A DNA stretch of 64,000 nt from Lingula anatina. Taxonomy: Eukaryota; Animalia; Brachiopoda. Both the position numbers and the translations under genes were made by a program. The DNA lies in assembly GCA_051362555.1 (NCBI GenBank), contig CM120642.1, forward strand, positions 11,656,001 through 11,720,000, in the 5' to 3' direction. The notes under the pieces are model-generated. The model saw only the letters and a program-made list of their open reading frames with translations. It did no database searches and had not been told where the DNA came from. Below, piece after piece: positions 63,501-64,000 of this stretch (positions are counted from its first letter, which is position 1; each line of letters opens with the position of its first letter).

Positions 63501-64000
63501 TAACACTTTTCTAAACCAGAATAATTCTTGCATATTTTTATTTAATATTTATTATTTAAAATATTGACTGTCAAAATTATAAACAGATATATATTTTTGA
63601 ACAGGAAAGGTATAATTTTTTATATATTGAAATGTTCCAGAAGACTGGGAAGATTGCAGCGATGATGACAGTGATGGCAGTGGAGAGTGGGTGGATATCC
63701 ATCATTCTTCAGATGAGGAGGCTCAAGTATGACTTTCCGTCTTTCCTCTCTTAACTGTTGAAATGAATTTGTGTAAATCAATAGCTGCAAAAAGATGTTT
63801 TGTACCACCAGATATTTTGTCTAGTGTAAAATAATGTAAATTTATCAAATGCTGTAAATGTTGACAGATGTTCAGGTAAGGGTAAAAACTACTTTTTATA
63901 ATTTCTGTGCACTTATTTCAGGATGCTGAAACAGAACAACTGAATCCAGAGGAAAAGTTAAAACGTGCTCAAGAAGTGTCGTCTGCTCGTATCCTGACGC
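56672..64000 (+). CDS. SDAD1: Protein SDA1 homolog (60S ribosome biogenesis), 3' part outside window
   Basis: Starts [35 protein letters not shown]. Exons 56672-56761, 57315-57419, 57895-57993, 58461-58643, 59087-59152, 59687-59779, 59936-60013, 60332-60433, 60663-60732, 60943-61046, 61498-61555, 61941-62076, 62288-62385, 62666-62742, 62920-63046, 63641-63726, 63922-end. Conserved [60 protein letters not shown]. Confidence 0.96.
57456..57593. repeat. Compound (TA)n(CA)n(TTTA)n microsatellite in SDAD1 intron 2
   Basis: Directly visible. Confidence 0.95.
61647..61738 (+). pseudogene. Decayed intronic duplicate of the 3' part of SDAD1 exon 16 plus following intron
   Basis: GTGGAGAGTGGATGGATACCCATAATTCTTCAGATGAGGAGGCTCCAGTTTGACTTTCTGTC... 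aligns to GTGGAGAGTGGGTGGATATCCATCATTCTTCAGATGAGGAGGCTCAAGTATGACTTTCCGTC... at ~63680-63770. Confidence 0.85.
63281..63525. repeat. Diverged direct duplication in SDAD1 intron 15
   Basis: AAAGCCAGTATTTTATAGGATGTAGTTAATTGA (~63285) versus AAAGCCAGTACTTTATAGGGTGTTGTTAACTGA (~63468). Confidence 0.7.

Overview
AT-rich, intron-rich animal genomic DNA. A marine invertebrate such as a mollusc is plausible but is only an inference from composition and repeat types. Most entries in the ORF track are spurious; real genes were rebuilt by hand from GT-AG junctions with consistent phases. Five protein-coding genes are supported: (1) a minus-strand secreted Cys-rich protein with stanniocalcin-like cysteine spacing, absent from the ORF track and truncated by the left edge; (2) a complete 8-exon CHST15-like Golgi sulfotransferase (-); (3) an SLC6 Na+/Cl- dependent amino-acid transporter of glycine-transporter type with 13 mapped coding exons (-) and an unresolved N-terminus; (4) a DUF1757-like small membrane protein with one coding exon (+); (5) SDAD1 (+), truncated by the right edge. 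Non-coding features include a ~27-copy 34-bp G-rich minisatellite, several short inverted-repeat elements (MITEs), a decayed copy of an SDAD1 exon within an upstream SDAD1 intron, and many microsatellites. No CRISPR array, rRNA or tRNA was seen, and I found no convincing novel multi-gene system. The stanniocalcin-like gene is the most noteworthy item.
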